Assembly (NCBI GenBank): GCA_963815715.1
Contig: CAWFHU010000015.1
Span: 111,933-175,932 of the forward strand
DNA: 64,000 nt
Reading direction: 5' to 3'
From: an uncultured Chloroflexia bacterium
GTDB lineage: Bacteria > Chloroflexota > Chloroflexia > Thermomicrobiales > Thermomicrobiaceae
Shown here: in pieces, positions 37,721 to 48,023 of the stretch
Numbering within the stretch: the stretch's first letter is position 1
Layout of the letters: each line of letters starts with the position of its first letter
Position numbers and translations under genes: made by a program
The notes under the pieces: model-generated
Databases searched by the model: none
What the model saw: only the letters and a program-made list of their open reading frames with translations
Told to the model about the DNA's origin: nothing

Positions 37721-38830
37721 TCAGACCGGAACTTGCTGCTCCTGTATGATCTGCTCGATCTCTTCCTTCAGCGCGGAAACGATCTCATTCTCTTCGACTT
37801 TGCGGACGATCTTGCCCTTGCGGAAGATGACGCCTTTGCCGCGACCCGCCGCCACACCAACGTCCGAATCGCGCGCTTCGCCAGGACCGTTCACGACACA
37901 GCCCATAACCGCCACCTTGATCGGAGACTTGATGGTCTTGAGATAGTCGTCGACTTCGTTGGCAAGCTTGAAGAGATCAACCTCCACACGCCCACACGTC
38001 GGGCACGCGACCAGCGTGGCGCCGAATTGTCGGAGTCCAAGGGTCTTCAAGATTTCGAACCCTACGAAGACCTCTTCGACCGGGTCAGTCGTGAGCGAGA
38101 CGCGGATCGTGTCGCCGATGCCCTCTTCCAGCAGCGTGCCGATACCGAGGGCGGAGCGGATGGACCCAGATTTTGGAGTGCCGGCCTCGGTCACCCCGAG
38201 ATGGAGCGGGTAGTCGTTCAGCTTGGCCATGCGTCGATAGGCTTCGAGCATGATCGGAACCTCGAATGCCTTGAGCGAGATCTTGATGTCGCCAAAGTCG
38301 AGATCCTCGAGGATTTTGATGTGTCCGAGTGCCGTTCGAACCATGTGCTCCGCGACGAGTTCGATTTGGGTGGCGTTGGTCTGAGCCATCTCATCGACGA
38401 AGTCTTTCGACATCGGTGGTACGGAGCCGAAGTTGACACCAATCCGGATCGGAATGCCGCGCTCTTTGGCTTTACGCACGACTTCCCTGACGTCTTCGGG
38501 CTTGCGGATATTGCCGGGGTTCAGGCGCAAGCCGTGAATGCCAGCGTCGATCGCCTTGAGCGCCAATGTGTGCTCAAAATGGATGTCGGCGATGAGCGGC
38601 ACCGGTGTGAACGGTACGATGTCGGGCAAGGCCGCGGCCGCGACGCGATCAGGGACCGCAATACGCACGATCTCGCATCCTGCATCAGCTAGTTCATGAA
38701 TCTGGGCGAGAGTCGCTTTCGGATCACGGGTGTCCGCGGTGGCCATCGATTGAACGACGATGGGTGCGCCGCCGCCGATCTGAACGTTGCCAACATGAAG
38801 TGCTCGAGTTTTGCGACGCGATGCAACCAT
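37721..38830 (-). CDS. ispG: 4-hydroxy-3-methylbut-2-en-1-yl diphosphate synthase (flavodoxin)
   Basis: 369 aa. VGNVQIGGGAPIVVQSM, RLNPGN, CPTCGR, GCVVNGPGE. AGGAGG RBS. Confidence 0.9.
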   Translation of the reverse strand: MVASRRKTRALHVGNVQIGGGAPIVVQSMATADTRDPKATLAQIHELADAGCEIVRIAVPDRVAAAALPDIVPFTPVPLIADIHFEHTLALKAIDAGIHGLRLNPGNIRKPEDVREVVRKAKERGIPIRIGVNFGSVPPMSKDFVDEMAQTNATQIELVAEHMVRTALGHIKILEDLDFGDIKISLKAFEVPIMLEAYRRMAKLNDYPLHLGVTEAGTPKSGSIRSALGIGTLLEEGIGDTIRVSLTTDPVEEVFVGFEILKTLGLRQFGATLVACPTCGRVEVDLFKLANEVDDYLKTIKSPIKVAVMGCVVNGPGEARDSDVGVAAGRGKGVIFRKGKIVRKVEENEIVSALKEEIEQIIQEQQVPV

Positions 38831-38940
38831 TCGGGGTTAACCTCCTACGGTCGGGCTGCGAATGTCACCTTGAAGCGTAGAACGAAACGAAATGAATGCC
38901 AAGTGGCGGCGTCATCGATCGTGACCGATTTTACACCGAC

Positions 38941-40260
38941 CTAACGGAGGAAGGATTGACCGCTGACGATGCGGTTGATATCCGCGAAGGCGACCACCAG
39001 CATGAATACGAGCAAGATTACCAGTCCCACGAAGTGAACAAGGCCTTCTTTTTCCGGTGGGACCCGCTTGCCGCGCACGCTCTCAATCAGCACGAACAGC
39101 AGACGTCCCCCGTCCAATGCAGGAAACGGAAGCAAGTTCAGCACCGCGAGATTCAACGAGAGCAGGATCATGATGTTGGTCAGCGTCGCCCAGACCGGCG
39201 CGCTGCTGGCGTGGATGACTTCCGAGGTGAGCTGACCCATGCCGATCGGTCCGGCAATTCCCTGGACCGGTACCTGTCCTCGGACCAGAAGCACGAGACC
39301 GTGGAACATCTGGTTCAGCGTGCTGAACGTTTGCTTGACGCCGAGCGGCACGACCTTCCACCATGCTACCGGCTTCATGACGAAGTCCTGGTTGGCGGTA
39401 ATACCGGTCTGGAGCTGCTCCACATTCTGCACATTGGGAACGCTGTATTGCAGCGTGACGTCGGTGCCGCCGCGCGACACGACTATCGGGATGGTCTCGC
39501 CAGAGTGGTTCACGATGGCATAGTGGTAGCTGATGGCGTCTTGAATTCTTGTGCCCGCGATCGACTTGATCACGTCACCAGTCTGAAGCCCCGCGGTGGC
39601 CGCCGCTGAACCGTCGTCGACCGACGCGACAGAAATGGTCGCGATCTGGGTATCGTCGAGCAGAATGCCGACTTTACCTTGTCCGGTCGGAGGATTCACG
39701 CGTGGCGTGACAGTCGACTCGATGCGCTGATCGCCTCGCTGAACAACCATCTGCACTGGTTCGCCCAGTTTGCCATTGATCTGATTGATGACCTGAGACA
39801 CAGATGAAATTGACTTGCCATCGATCGATACGATTTGATCTCCAGCTTGCATTTTCGCCTGCGCGGCGGGGGAGTTGTCCTGGATTCCCGTGATGTACGC
39901 GCGATTCGTCGTTTGACCGCGGGCGCCAACGAGAACGGTCATCAGGACGATGGCAAGCAGGAAATTCATGATGGAACCGGCGGCGAGGAATACCGCGCGT
40001 TGCAGCTTGGTCTTCGACTGCATGCTGTCGGGTGCGAAGGACTTGCCATCCTCACCCAGAACGCGGACGAACCCGCCGATGGGGAGGAGGTTGATGGACC
40101 AGAGGACATCGCCGCGCTTCTTACCCCAGATGCGTGGCGGAATGCCGATGCCGAACTCTTCGACTCGAATGCCGAATGCTTTCGCTGAAACGAAGTGTCC
40201 GATTTCGTGGATCAGAATGAGGATCGCCAGGATTGGGATGATGTAAAGTGCGTCGCTCAA
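38941..40260 (-). CDS. rseP: RIP metalloprotease RseP (site-2 protease, M50)
   Basis: 439 aa. HEIGHF zinc motif, PDZ segments and the C-terminal NLLPFPALDGG motif. Lies upstream of ispG, as in many genomes. Confidence 0.85.
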   Translation of the reverse strand: MSDALYIIPILAILILIHEIGHFVSAKAFGIRVEEFGIGIPPRIWGKKRGDVLWSINLLPIGGFVRVLGEDGKSFAPDSMQSKTKLQRAVFLAAGSIMNFLLAIVLMTVLVGARGQTTNRAYITGIQDNSPAAQAKMQAGDQIVSIDGKSISSVSQVINQINGKLGEPVQMVVQRGDQRIESTVTPRVNPPTGQGKVGILLDDTQIATISVASVDDGSAAATAGLQTGDVIKSIAGTRIQDAISYHYAIVNHSGETIPIVVSRGGTDVTLQYSVPNVQNVEQLQTGITANQDFVMKPVAWWKVVPLGVKQTFSTLNQMFHGLVLLVRGQVPVQGIAGPIGMGQLTSEVIHASSAPVWATLTNIMILLSLNLAVLNLLPFPALDGGRLLFVLIESVRGKRVPPEKEGLVHFVGLVILLVFMLVVAFADINRIVSGQSFLR

Positions 40261-40528
40261 ATGTCGACCTCAGTTACCCATTAGTTCAAACCGCCCCGCG
40301 TTTGATGGCGCGAATACGGCAAGCCGGGCCTAATGGTACTTACCTCGTTTATGACACGTCAATTAAGTTTGGGGTCCCAGGACTGAAATAGTACTATCAG
40401 CCCGACGACCTAGTACATCATATGAACATGTTAGAATGTCTCGGCCGTGCGACCGGTCGGTACGAGAGCGGCTCTTCTTGCACAGATTGCTGTGTGGAAG
40501 GCGAAGTAGCGGAGGGTTGTACACGCTC

Positions 40529-41641
40529 ATGCTCATCGGGGTGCCGAAGGAAATCAAGGACAACGAGAATCGAGTCTCAACCACGCCAGCCGGTGTGGCG
40601 GAGTATGTTCACCATGGTCACGACGTGATCGTGGAGCGGTCCGCGGGCGTCGGGAGTGGCTTCCCTGACGAAGAATATGCGGACGCAGGGGCTACGATGA
40701 TCGACACGCACGAGGAAGTCTTCGCGCGCGCCGAGATGATTATCAAGGTCAAGGAGCCGATTGCCAGCGAGTATCCGTTGCTGCGCAAAGACCAGATTCT
40801 CTACACCTATCTGCACCTCGCGGCCGAGGCGGAGCTAACCGAAACGTTGGTGAACCAGGGTGTTGCCGCCGTGGCCTACGAAACGGTGCAACCGGCCGAT
40901 CGATCGCTGCCGTTGCTGGCTCCCATGAGCGAGGTCGCTGGGAGGATGTCGGTTCAGGTTGGCGCCCAATATCTGATGAAGACGTATGGCGGCCGTGGAC
41001 TGCTCCTTGGCGGCGTCGTGGGCGTTCCACCCGCGAAGGTCGTCGTCATTGGCGGCGGCATCGTCGGCACGAACGCGGCGCAAATCGCGCTTGGTATGGG
41101 CGCGGAAGTCACGATCATCGATCTGAACATCGATCGGCTTCGTTTCCTCGAGCACGTGTTGCACGGGCGGCTTACGACGCTTGCGTCGAATCGTCGCAAC
41201 GTCTCGGAGGCAGTCGCAGATGCCGACCTGGTCGTCGGAGCGGTCCTGATTCCTGGCGCGAAGGCGCCGAAGCTCGTTACCGAGGACATGGTGCTGCGAA
41301 TGCGCCCTGGCTCGGTCATCGTGGACGTCGCCATTGACCAGGGCGGTTGCATCGAGACGATGAAACCGACGAAGCACAGCGATCCGACCTTCGAGGTCGA
41401 CGGGGTGGTCCATTACGGCGTCACGAACATGCCAGGCGCGGTGCCGCGCACGAGCACGCTCGCCTTGAGTAACGTGACGCTACCGTTCGGTCTCAAGCTT
41501 GCCGATCAAGGGCTCAAAAAGGCGGTCAGCGCTGATCCCGCACTGGCGAAAGGGGTCAATGTTTACCGTGGCAAGATCACGTACCAGTCGGTGGCGGATG
41601 CCTTCGGGTTGACATACACTCCACTAACGGACCTGCTATAG
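40529..41641 (+). CDS. ald: alanine dehydrogenase
   Basis: 370 aa from ATG 40529 (GGAGGG RBS). [16 protein letters not shown] and NAD fold [14 protein letters not shown]. Confidence 0.9.
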   Translation: MLIGVPKEIKDNENRVSTTPAGVAEYVHHGHDVIVERSAGVGSGFPDEEYADAGATMIDTHEEVFARAEMIIKVKEPIASEYPLLRKDQILYTYLHLAAEAELTETLVNQGVAAVAYETVQPADRSLPLLAPMSEVAGRMSVQVGAQYLMKTYGGRGLLLGGVVGVPPAKVVVIGGGIVGTNAAQIALGMGAEVTIIDLNIDRLRFLEHVLHGRLTTLASNRRNVSEAVADADLVVGAVLIPGAKAPKLVTEDMVLRMRPGSVIVDVAIDQGGCIETMKPTKHSDPTFEVDGVVHYGVTNMPGAVPRTSTLALSNVTLPFGLKLADQGLKKAVSADPALAKGVNVYRGKITYQSVADAFGLTYTPLTDLL

Positions 41642-41827
41642 TATTGCAATCCGGCGTACGAACGAACTGGCGTTTATAGGGGCGCCTGTCTGGCTGTAGC
41701 GTCGGATTTCTTGCGGTTGAGCGTGTGTCGAACATTCTGCATCGTTCGGTCATTGGCGCGTCGCGGGTGCTCCGACGGTCGGTATGACGACAGCTGGTAA
41801 CGCTCGTCGGGATGGAGGGGCAAACAC

Positions 41828-42751
41828 ATGGAGGAACTCATCGGGCGTTTCTTGGAAGGGCTCGAGGGTGATAAGGGCTTCTCTCCAAATACGGTGTCGG
41901 CGTACCGCAACGATCTCGGTCAATTCTCTGAATTCTTGCAATCCAGCTACTCGCTCAAGTCCTGGCCAGAGCTTACTGACAGTCATTTGACCGGATTCGT
42001 TTTGTTCCTCCGCGAACGCCGCTATGCCAACTCAACCGTCGCCCGCAAAGTGGCGGCTGTTCGGTCGTTTTGCCACTTTCTGATTGATGAGCGACTGTTA
42101 CGTCATGACCCATCGGCGTCGCTTCCGTCGCCACGGGTCGACAAGTTCGTGCCACGTGCTATCACGCACGACGAGATGAATGCGTTGCTGGCCCATGCGT
42201 CATCCGAGCGGACACCCGAGGGACTACGCGATCGGGCGATGCTTGAAACCTTGTATTCCACGGGCATGCGCGTCAGCGAGCTTACGTCGCTCGATACCTG
42301 CGATATCGATCTCAACTCGAAAGAGCTTTCGTGCGGCAAGAAACCCGATCGAAGTCGAACAGTGCCACTCTCGGAAGCTGCTGCTCAGGCGCTCGCGACG
42401 TACCTCGAGACCGGCAGACCGCTCCTGCGACAGGATGGCGACGAGTCGGCAGTCTTCCTCAATCACCGTGGCTCGCGTCTCACGAGGCAGGGTTTCTGGC
42501 TGATTCTCAAAGCCCACGCGGAGGCGGCCAAGGTTTCCGACATTACGCCACACACCATTCGACACACGTTCGCGGCGCACGCGCTCTATGATGGTCAGGA
42601 GCTACGGGACATTCAACGAATCCTGGGACATATGTCGATCTCGACGACTCAGGTCTACCAGCAGCTGGCGACCCAGATCGGTCCGGGGCCGAAGACGGCC
42701 GTCCTCGTCGGCAATGGTAGCGCGTGCTACGATTCGAGCGGAGAAGAGTAG
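41828..42751 (+). CDS. site-specific tyrosine recombinase, XerC/XerD family
   Basis: 307 aa. N-terminal SAM-like domain (FSPNTVSAYRNDL) and the catalytic R..HxxR..H..Y set (MLETLYSTGMRVSEL, HTIRHTFA, ILGHMSISTTQVY). Confidence 0.8.
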   Translation: MEELIGRFLEGLEGDKGFSPNTVSAYRNDLGQFSEFLQSSYSLKSWPELTDSHLTGFVLFLRERRYANSTVARKVAAVRSFCHFLIDERLLRHDPSASLPSPRVDKFVPRAITHDEMNALLAHASSERTPEGLRDRAMLETLYSTGMRVSELTSLDTCDIDLNSKELSCGKKPDRSRTVPLSEAAAQALATYLETGRPLLRQDGDESAVFLNHRGSRLTRQGFWLILKAHAEAAKVSDITPHTIRHTFAAHALYDGQELRDIQRILGHMSISTTQVYQQLATQIGPGPKTAVLVGNGSACYDSSGEE

Positions 42752-42812
42752 CGTATCGGCGCATGAGACGTCTGCCGTTTTCCACTGACCTCATCACGAA
42801 TAGATAGACGTC

Positions 42813-42846
42813 ACCCCTCGTCTCTTCCACGGCGAGGGGTCTTTGC
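42813..42846 (+). terminator. possible terminator after the recombinase gene
   Basis: ACCCCTCG-N12-CGAGGGGT hairpin followed by CTTTGCG (short T tract). Confidence 0.4.
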
Positions 42847-42884
42847 GAATACGACCAGGCAATTGGGCTGGAGGCAATCAGGTC

Positions 42885-44294
42885 ATGAGCGAATCTCAGA
42901 AGTCAGTCGTCACCATGGAAAAGATCGTATCGCTCGCCCGGCGTAGGGGATTTGTCTTCCCGGGCAGTGAGATCTATGGTGGGCTGGCCAATACTTGGGA
43001 TTTCGGTCCTCTGGGCGTCGAGCTCAAACGCAATATCAAGAACGCATGGTGGGAATTCTTCGTTCACGGCCGCGAGGACATCGTCGGCATCGACGGGGGA
43101 ATCATCCTTCACCCGCGCACCTGGGAGGCTTCAGGGCATGTCCAGGAGTTTCACGATCCACTCGTTGACTGCCGAAACTGTCGCTCGCGATATCGGGCCG
43201 ACACGCTCATCGAAGAGAAGCTCGGCCGCTCGGTCGAGGGACAGCCGCCGTCCGAGCTGACCGAGATTATTCGCTCCAGCAACATCGCTTGTCCGTTCTG
43301 TGGCGTGCGCGACTGGACCGACGTGCGGCAATTCAACCTGATGTTTGAGACCATGCTCGGGCCAGTCGAAGAGTCTGGGACGCGGGTTTATCTCCGTCCG
43401 GAGACCGCGCAAGCCATCTTCCTGGACTACCGCAGCGTGCTGCAAACGAGTCGAGCGAAGATCCCGTTGGGTATCGCGCAGGTCGGTAAGGCGTTTCGAA
43501 ATGAGATCACGCCCGGTAACTTCATCTTCCGCCTGCTCGAATTTGAGATCATGGAGATCGAATACTTCTTCCGCGAGAACGAGTGGGAGAAGTCCTTCGA
43601 CATGTGGTTGCAGCTGATCGACGATTTCTATCGCACGATTGGTTTGCGCCCAGACCGGGTCCGTACGCGCGAGCACAGCGAAGAAGAGATGTCGCACTAT
43701 TCGAAGCGGACGGTCGACTACGAGTACCTCTTCCCCTTCGGCTGGAAAGAGCTGTGCGGATTGGCGTATCGAACTGACTTTGATCTCACCCACCACACAG
43801 AGTTCAGCGGCGTTGATCTGAGCTACTTCGATCAGGCCTCTGGTGAGCGTTTCACTCCACACGTGATTGAACCCGCCATGGGGGTTGAGCGCCTGCTTCT
43901 GACGCTGCTGCTGGATGCCTACGATGAAGAGGAGACCGAGGACGTCAACGGCAAGGCGTACACGCGTGTCGTGCTGCGTCTTCATCCGAAAATCGCGCCA
44001 TACCAGGTCGCGGTCCTGCCATTGATGCGTAAGCCGGAGCTGGTTGAGAAGGCGAGCGAAATCCAATCATTGCTGCGCCGCTCATTCTCGGTCGAATATG
44101 ACGAGACCCAGAGCATCGGACGCCGCTATCGCCGCCAGGACGAGATCGGTACTCCATTCTGTGTGACCATCGACTACGAGACGCTCGACGATCACGCGGT
44201 CACGATTCGCGAGCGGGAGACGATGGCACAGCAGCGGATCGCGATTGGGGATCTGCCGCACATTCTGGCTGAAAAGATCTCGAACTGGGGATAA
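42885..44294 (+). CDS. glyQS: glycine--tRNA ligase (single-chain, class II)
   Basis: 469 aa from ATG 42885. [25 protein letters not shown] and [25 protein letters not shown]. Confidence 0.9.
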   Translation: MSESQKSVVTMEKIVSLARRRGFVFPGSEIYGGLANTWDFGPLGVELKRNIKNAWWEFFVHGREDIVGIDGGIILHPRTWEASGHVQEFHDPLVDCRNCRSRYRADTLIEEKLGRSVEGQPPSELTEIIRSSNIACPFCGVRDWTDVRQFNLMFETMLGPVEESGTRVYLRPETAQAIFLDYRSVLQTSRAKIPLGIAQVGKAFRNEITPGNFIFRLLEFEIMEIEYFFRENEWEKSFDMWLQLIDDFYRTIGLRPDRVRTREHSEEEMSHYSKRTVDYEYLFPFGWKELCGLAYRTDFDLTHHTEFSGVDLSYFDQASGERFTPHVIEPAMGVERLLLTLLLDAYDEEETEDVNGKAYTRVVLRLHPKIAPYQVAVLPLMRKPELVEKASEIQSLLRRSFSVEYDETQSIGRRYRRQDEIGTPFCVTIDYETLDDHAVTIRERETMAQQRIAIGDLPHILAEKISNWG

Positions 44295-44308
44295 TTATCG
44301 GAGCAGGT

Positions 44309-45172
44309 TTACAGCTCGTCTTCTCCGACGATGCGTTTGTAGAGTCCGTCTAGCTCTTCGTCTGAATAGTAGTGGATCACCAGGCGGCCGCCCTTACGAC
44401 CGTGCTGGAGTTCCACCTTGGTCCCGAGCGCTTTCCGAAATTGATCCACCACGTGCTGTTCAACCGCCGCAGGCGCCGGTTGGGGACGCGAAACCGACGG
44501 TCGAGCAGCGTGCCACTGCCGAACCAGGAGCTCGGTCTGCCGCACGTTCAGTCCGCGGGTGGTCACGACCTGTAGCGCGGCGAGTTGATCGACCTTGAGC
44601 TCGAGGCCGAGCAGCGCCCTGGCGTGCCCTTCGCTGATCTTGCGAGAGAGGACCGCTTCCTTGATTTCGTCAGGAGCTTGCAGGATGCGCAACGCGTTGG
44701 TGACGGCAACACGACTCTTGCCGACCCGCTGTGCAACGTCTGCCTGAGTGAGCCCAAACTCGTCGGTAAGCTGCCGGTAGGCGCTCGCCTCTTCAATGAC
44801 GGATAAGTCCGCCCGCTGGACGTTTTCGATGAGCGCCATCTCGAGCATGTCACGAGGACTGGTATCTCGGATGATGGCTGGGATGGTGCGCAGTCCGGCG
44901 CCCCTCGCCGCGCGCCAGCGGCGTTCTCCAGCCACGATCTGATATGGAGCGTCTTTGGTCGCTCGCGAAACGATGATCGGCTGCAGGACACCGTGCTCGC
45001 GAATCGAATTGGCGAGCTCGTCGAGCGATCCCGCGTCGAACGTTTCACGTGGCTGAAAAGGGTTGGGGGTGACGGCGTCGATATCGAGTTCCTGCACGCC
45101 TCCAGCCACATCGGAATGTGACTGGATCAGCGCGTCAAGCCCGCGTCCAAGTCCGCCTCTTCGCTGGGCCAT
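44309..45172 (-). CDS. parB: ParB/Spo0J-family partition protein
   Basis: 287 aa from ATG 45172. GLGRGLDAL, ParB box IVAGERRWRAA and an HTH (LTQADVAQRVGKSRVAVTNALRIL). No parA is adjacent. Confidence 0.85.
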   Translation of the reverse strand: MAQRRGGLGRGLDALIQSHSDVAGGVQELDIDAVTPNPFQPRETFDAGSLDELANSIREHGVLQPIIVSRATKDAPYQIVAGERRWRAARGAGLRTIPAIIRDTSPRDMLEMALIENVQRADLSVIEEASAYRQLTDEFGLTQADVAQRVGKSRVAVTNALRILQAPDEIKEAVLSRKISEGHARALLGLELKVDQLAALQVVTTRGLNVRQTELLVRQWHAARPSVSRPQPAPAAVEQHVVDQFRKALGTKVELQHGRKGGRLVIHYYSDEELDGLYKRIVGEDEL

Positions 45173-45292
45173 TCTTTCCCCCCAAGAATATGTATGCCGC
45201 TGCCGACTGAGTGTAACACGGGTGGTCCGCCCTCTTCGGTCTATAATCAACCGTGGTCCCGCACCCGGGCCACGGTTGAAAGGGCAGGTTGA

Positions 45293-46228
45293 TTGGGCGT
45301 CGTATTCGGGTTTATTCTCCTCGTCGCGATCGTCGCTGGGATATCGGCTTGGGCGCACGCGGCACAGCGACATCGTCCACTCTACATCGCACTCTATATC
45401 ATCGCCGTGCTGGTCAGTGGCATCACCATCCTCGTCGGTGCGACCTCGATGGTCGTCAATGTCACGGGCGATCGCGGAACCGTTTCTTCGGGCAGCATCA
45501 TCATCGTGGCGACTGGATTGGCCATAGGCATTCCCTTTATCCCGCAGGTTCGACAGGTTTTGTCGCGGGTTATGCCGTTCGACCCGAGCTCTCCGGCCGA
45601 TATGATCGGTCTCTCGACCCTCCTCGCAACGGCCGTCTATTCAGGCGGGATTTCACTTAGATCTGACGCGAATCTCGACATCGGATCGGTGAGCGGAACG
45701 GAGCTCGTGTCGCAGGCAGTTGCCCTGATCTTTATCGCCTATTTCGGGGTTGGCTTTCTGATGACCCGGAATTTTCGCGGCGCGACGGATCGACTCGGAC
45801 TGAACGCCATAAGTGTGCGGCAGCTTGGCCGTGCCGTGGCGTTGGTCGCCGGACTCTTCGCGGTGACAATCGCCACCGGGCTGCTGACCTACTATTTTGA
45901 ACCGAACCTCGACAAACAGATTCAGAACAACCTCGAGAACATGACCGCGAATGTCTCGTCAATTAGTGGGGCACTGCTCCTTGGAATATCAGCCGGTGCA
46001 GGAGAAGAGATTCTCTTTCGTGGCGCTATTCAGCCGCGCTATGGGATCGTCTTCACCTCGATCGTCTTCGCATCCCTCCACATTCAGTACGGCATCAGCC
46101 TGACGATCGTGGGGATCTTCTTCGTGAGTGTCTTGCTGGGTCTCGAGCGCCAACGCGTCAACACAACGGCGTCGATGGTGACGCACGTTATCTACGACGT
46201 ACTGGCGGTCATTTTCGGAAATCTCTGA
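45293..46228 (+). CDS. CPBP family intramembrane glutamic endopeptidase
   Basis: 311 aa, multi-pass. EEILFRGAIQPRYG, FASLHIQYG, THVIYDVL motifs. Confidence 0.75.
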   Translation: MGVVFGFILLVAIVAGISAWAHAAQRHRPLYIALYIIAVLVSGITILVGATSMVVNVTGDRGTVSSGSIIIVATGLAIGIPFIPQVRQVLSRVMPFDPSSPADMIGLSTLLATAVYSGGISLRSDANLDIGSVSGTELVSQAVALIFIAYFGVGFLMTRNFRGATDRLGLNAISVRQLGRAVALVAGLFAVTIATGLLTYYFEPNLDKQIQNNLENMTANVSSISGALLLGISAGAGEEILFRGAIQPRYGIVFTSIVFASLHIQYGISLTIVGIFFVSVLLGLERQRVNTTASMVTHVIYDVLAVIFGNL

Positions 46229-46289
46229 CACGCGCGAAGCGGTTCACTCTTGTGAACTGAGTCGGAACATCAAGAATATTCGCGTCGGG

Positions 46290-48023
46290 CTAGGGTAGCG
46301 TGGTGTTCGTCGTTGTGGACGGCGTTTCAGTCGGCTGCGTAGCCGAGCTCACGGCCGTTTCCGTTGGTGTTGCAACTGTAGGTGTTGCGGTCGAATCCGG
46401 AACCGGCGTAGGAGTCAACAAGTCTCCGTGTCCGGACGTGTCAGGATAGAGTGCCCACGTTCCGTCGTCGTAGACGACGTAGACGAATCCCTGATCGCTG
46501 TAGAGCATGATGCCGTGGGCGAACGGTTGGACGCTGCCACCCATCAGATGCGCGTCTTGCTCGACCGCGTAGCCAATGGAATCTGACAGACCGGAGTCAG
46601 CGCTCCAAACCTTCCAGAATGCTTGCTTAGGAATCCATAGACCTGCGTCTGGACCGGCGCCGCCGCCTTCTCCGTCGGACTGAGTCCAGCTGTCCTGGCT
46701 AGGAGTCCATTGGCCAGACGAGAAGAAGACGTAGATCTCGCCGGTATCGTAGCGCTCGTACATGGTTCCACGCTGGAAGCCAAGCTCTGAGGCGTTCATT
46801 GCGGCCTCGATGTCGCTTGGCGCCCCCAGCTTTGTCTGCACGTCCTGATTGGCCCAGTAGACGCTTCCGAACGCTCCGGTGACCGGGAGGATTTCCGGAG
46901 TGGGTGACCCGGCAGAGGCGACTTGAGTTTCGGTCGGACTGGCCTCTGGAGTGGCGGCAGGCGTCGCTGGAGTCACTGTCGGCGTGCTTGCGACCGTCGG
47001 CGTCGCTGGAGACGCCGTCGGAGTGGATGTTGGCTGCGACGTAGCGGTGCTTGTCGCGCTGCTTGTTGAGGTTGCGGTCGCTGTCTTGGTCGCCGCCGCC
47101 GTCGGAGTCGGACTCGCCCCCGGATTGCTCGACGGGGTGGACGGTGGGGCTGTCGGTGTTGGTTGCCCAGTTGATCCCTGACCGCTGCCGGTATTTCCGG
47201 CGGTTGCGGTCGACTGGGCGCTACCGTTCGACTGCGCCGTAGCGGTTGGCGTCACGGCCGCGATCGCCGGATCACGGGTCGGTTGACCGGTCGGTTGGGG
47301 CGACGGCGTCTCGGCCGGCGTGGGAGTCTGGCTCTGCGCCGTGTTCGTAACAGTACTGGTGGTGAATGAGATCGACCAGGTTCGGCCGATCTGATGCCCG
47401 TATGCGTCCTGGGCCGTGCCGAGGACCATGACCTGATAGTTCGTGCCCGGCAAAAAGAGCGTGCTTTGGGAAGAGCTGGAACCCAGAACGAGTGTATTAC
47501 CTTGCCAACTGGTTGGAATGCGGTCCCGCTCACCTGGTGGCCAGACCTGCAGATTCTCTTCCACCGACTTGTGATTCATTGGCTTGTTGAAGACGATTTT
47601 GACTGGCTGATAGACCGGCCAGGTTTGTGAAGTCGTGGGTTCCGAGCTTGCAATCGCCGGCGTCAGGCCCTGATTGTAGCCGCGAACGACCAGGAATGCG
47701 CTGATGACCGCAAGGATGGCAAGCGCCGCGACCGTCGACAAGCCGACTTTCGCGGTCGTTGCGCTGAAAATGCGACGGACACCCGTGGGCCGCGGCCGCT
47801 CGACGGTTTCCATCCATACCGAGTTGGCCAAATTGTCTGGTGGTGAAGCCTGTGGAAGGTCACGAAGATCAGAGCGAATGCGCTGATACTCGTCAACGAC
47901 GGCCCGACATTCCGTGCATTCCGCAAGGTGTTTGTGGAGGATGGTGCTTTCCGACGGGGTGAGATCCCCATCGAAAAAGGCCGAGATTAGTGGTCGGATG
48001 GACTCACATTCTCGCCCGAACAT
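46290..48023 (-). CDS. anti-sigma factor (zf-HC2) with a large extracytoplasmic region
   Basis: 577 aa. N-terminal HKHLAECTECRAV zinc-finger motif, one TM, an Ig-like (SbsA/Big_5-like) segment, a ~130-aa Pro/Thr/Ser/Ala linker and two LGFP-like repeats. Overlaps the sigma gene by 37 nt. Confidence 0.75.
   Translation of the reverse strand: MFGRECESIRPLISAFFDGDLTPSESTILHKHLAECTECRAVVDEYQRIRSDLRDLPQASPPDNLANSVWMETVERPRPTGVRRIFSATTAKVGLSTVAALAILAVISAFLVVRGYNQGLTPAIASSEPTTSQTWPVYQPVKIVFNKPMNHKSVEENLQVWPPGERDRIPTSWQGNTLVLGSSSSQSTLFLPGTNYQVMVLGTAQDAYGHQIGRTWSISFTTSTVTNTAQSQTPTPAETPSPQPTGQPTRDPAIAAVTPTATAQSNGSAQSTATAGNTGSGQGSTGQPTPTAPPSTPSSNPGASPTPTAAATKTATATSTSSATSTATSQPTSTPTASPATPTVASTPTVTPATPAATPEASPTETQVASAGSPTPEILPVTGAFGSVYWANQDVQTKLGAPSDIEAAMNASELGFQRGTMYERYDTGEIYVFFSSGQWTPSQDSWTQSDGEGGGAGPDAGLWIPKQAFWKVWSADSGLSDSIGYAVEQDAHLMGGSVQPFAHGIMLYSDQGFVYVVYDDGTWALYPDTSGHGDLLTPTPVPDSTATPTVATPTETAVSSATQPTETPSTTTNTTLP

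Noticed and set aside
41828-42751. Tyrosine recombinase as the integrase of a mobile element
   Set aside because: The XerC/D-type N-terminal domain, housekeeping neighbours (ald, glyQS), and the absence of a flanking tRNA, direct repeats or phage/plasmid genes point to a chromosome-dimer resolution enzyme.
42752-42884. T-box leaders upstream of glyQS (and of hisS, 52851-52982)
   Set aside because: The gaps are only about 130 nt and lack the GGGTGGNACC T-box sequence. The glyQS gap is mostly the terminator of the upstream gene.
45041-45056. parS-like sequence CGTTTCACGTGGCTGA inside the parB gene
   Set aside because: Only the left arm and core match the TGTTTCACGTGAAACA consensus (about 11/16). 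The right arm is not palindromic, which is too weak to call.
46900-47260. Repetitive Pro/Thr/Ala-coding DNA that could be mistaken for a tandem repeat or CRISPR-like array
   Set aside because: It is in frame within the anti-sigma factor and has no regular repeat-spacer periodicity. It is a low-complexity protein linker.
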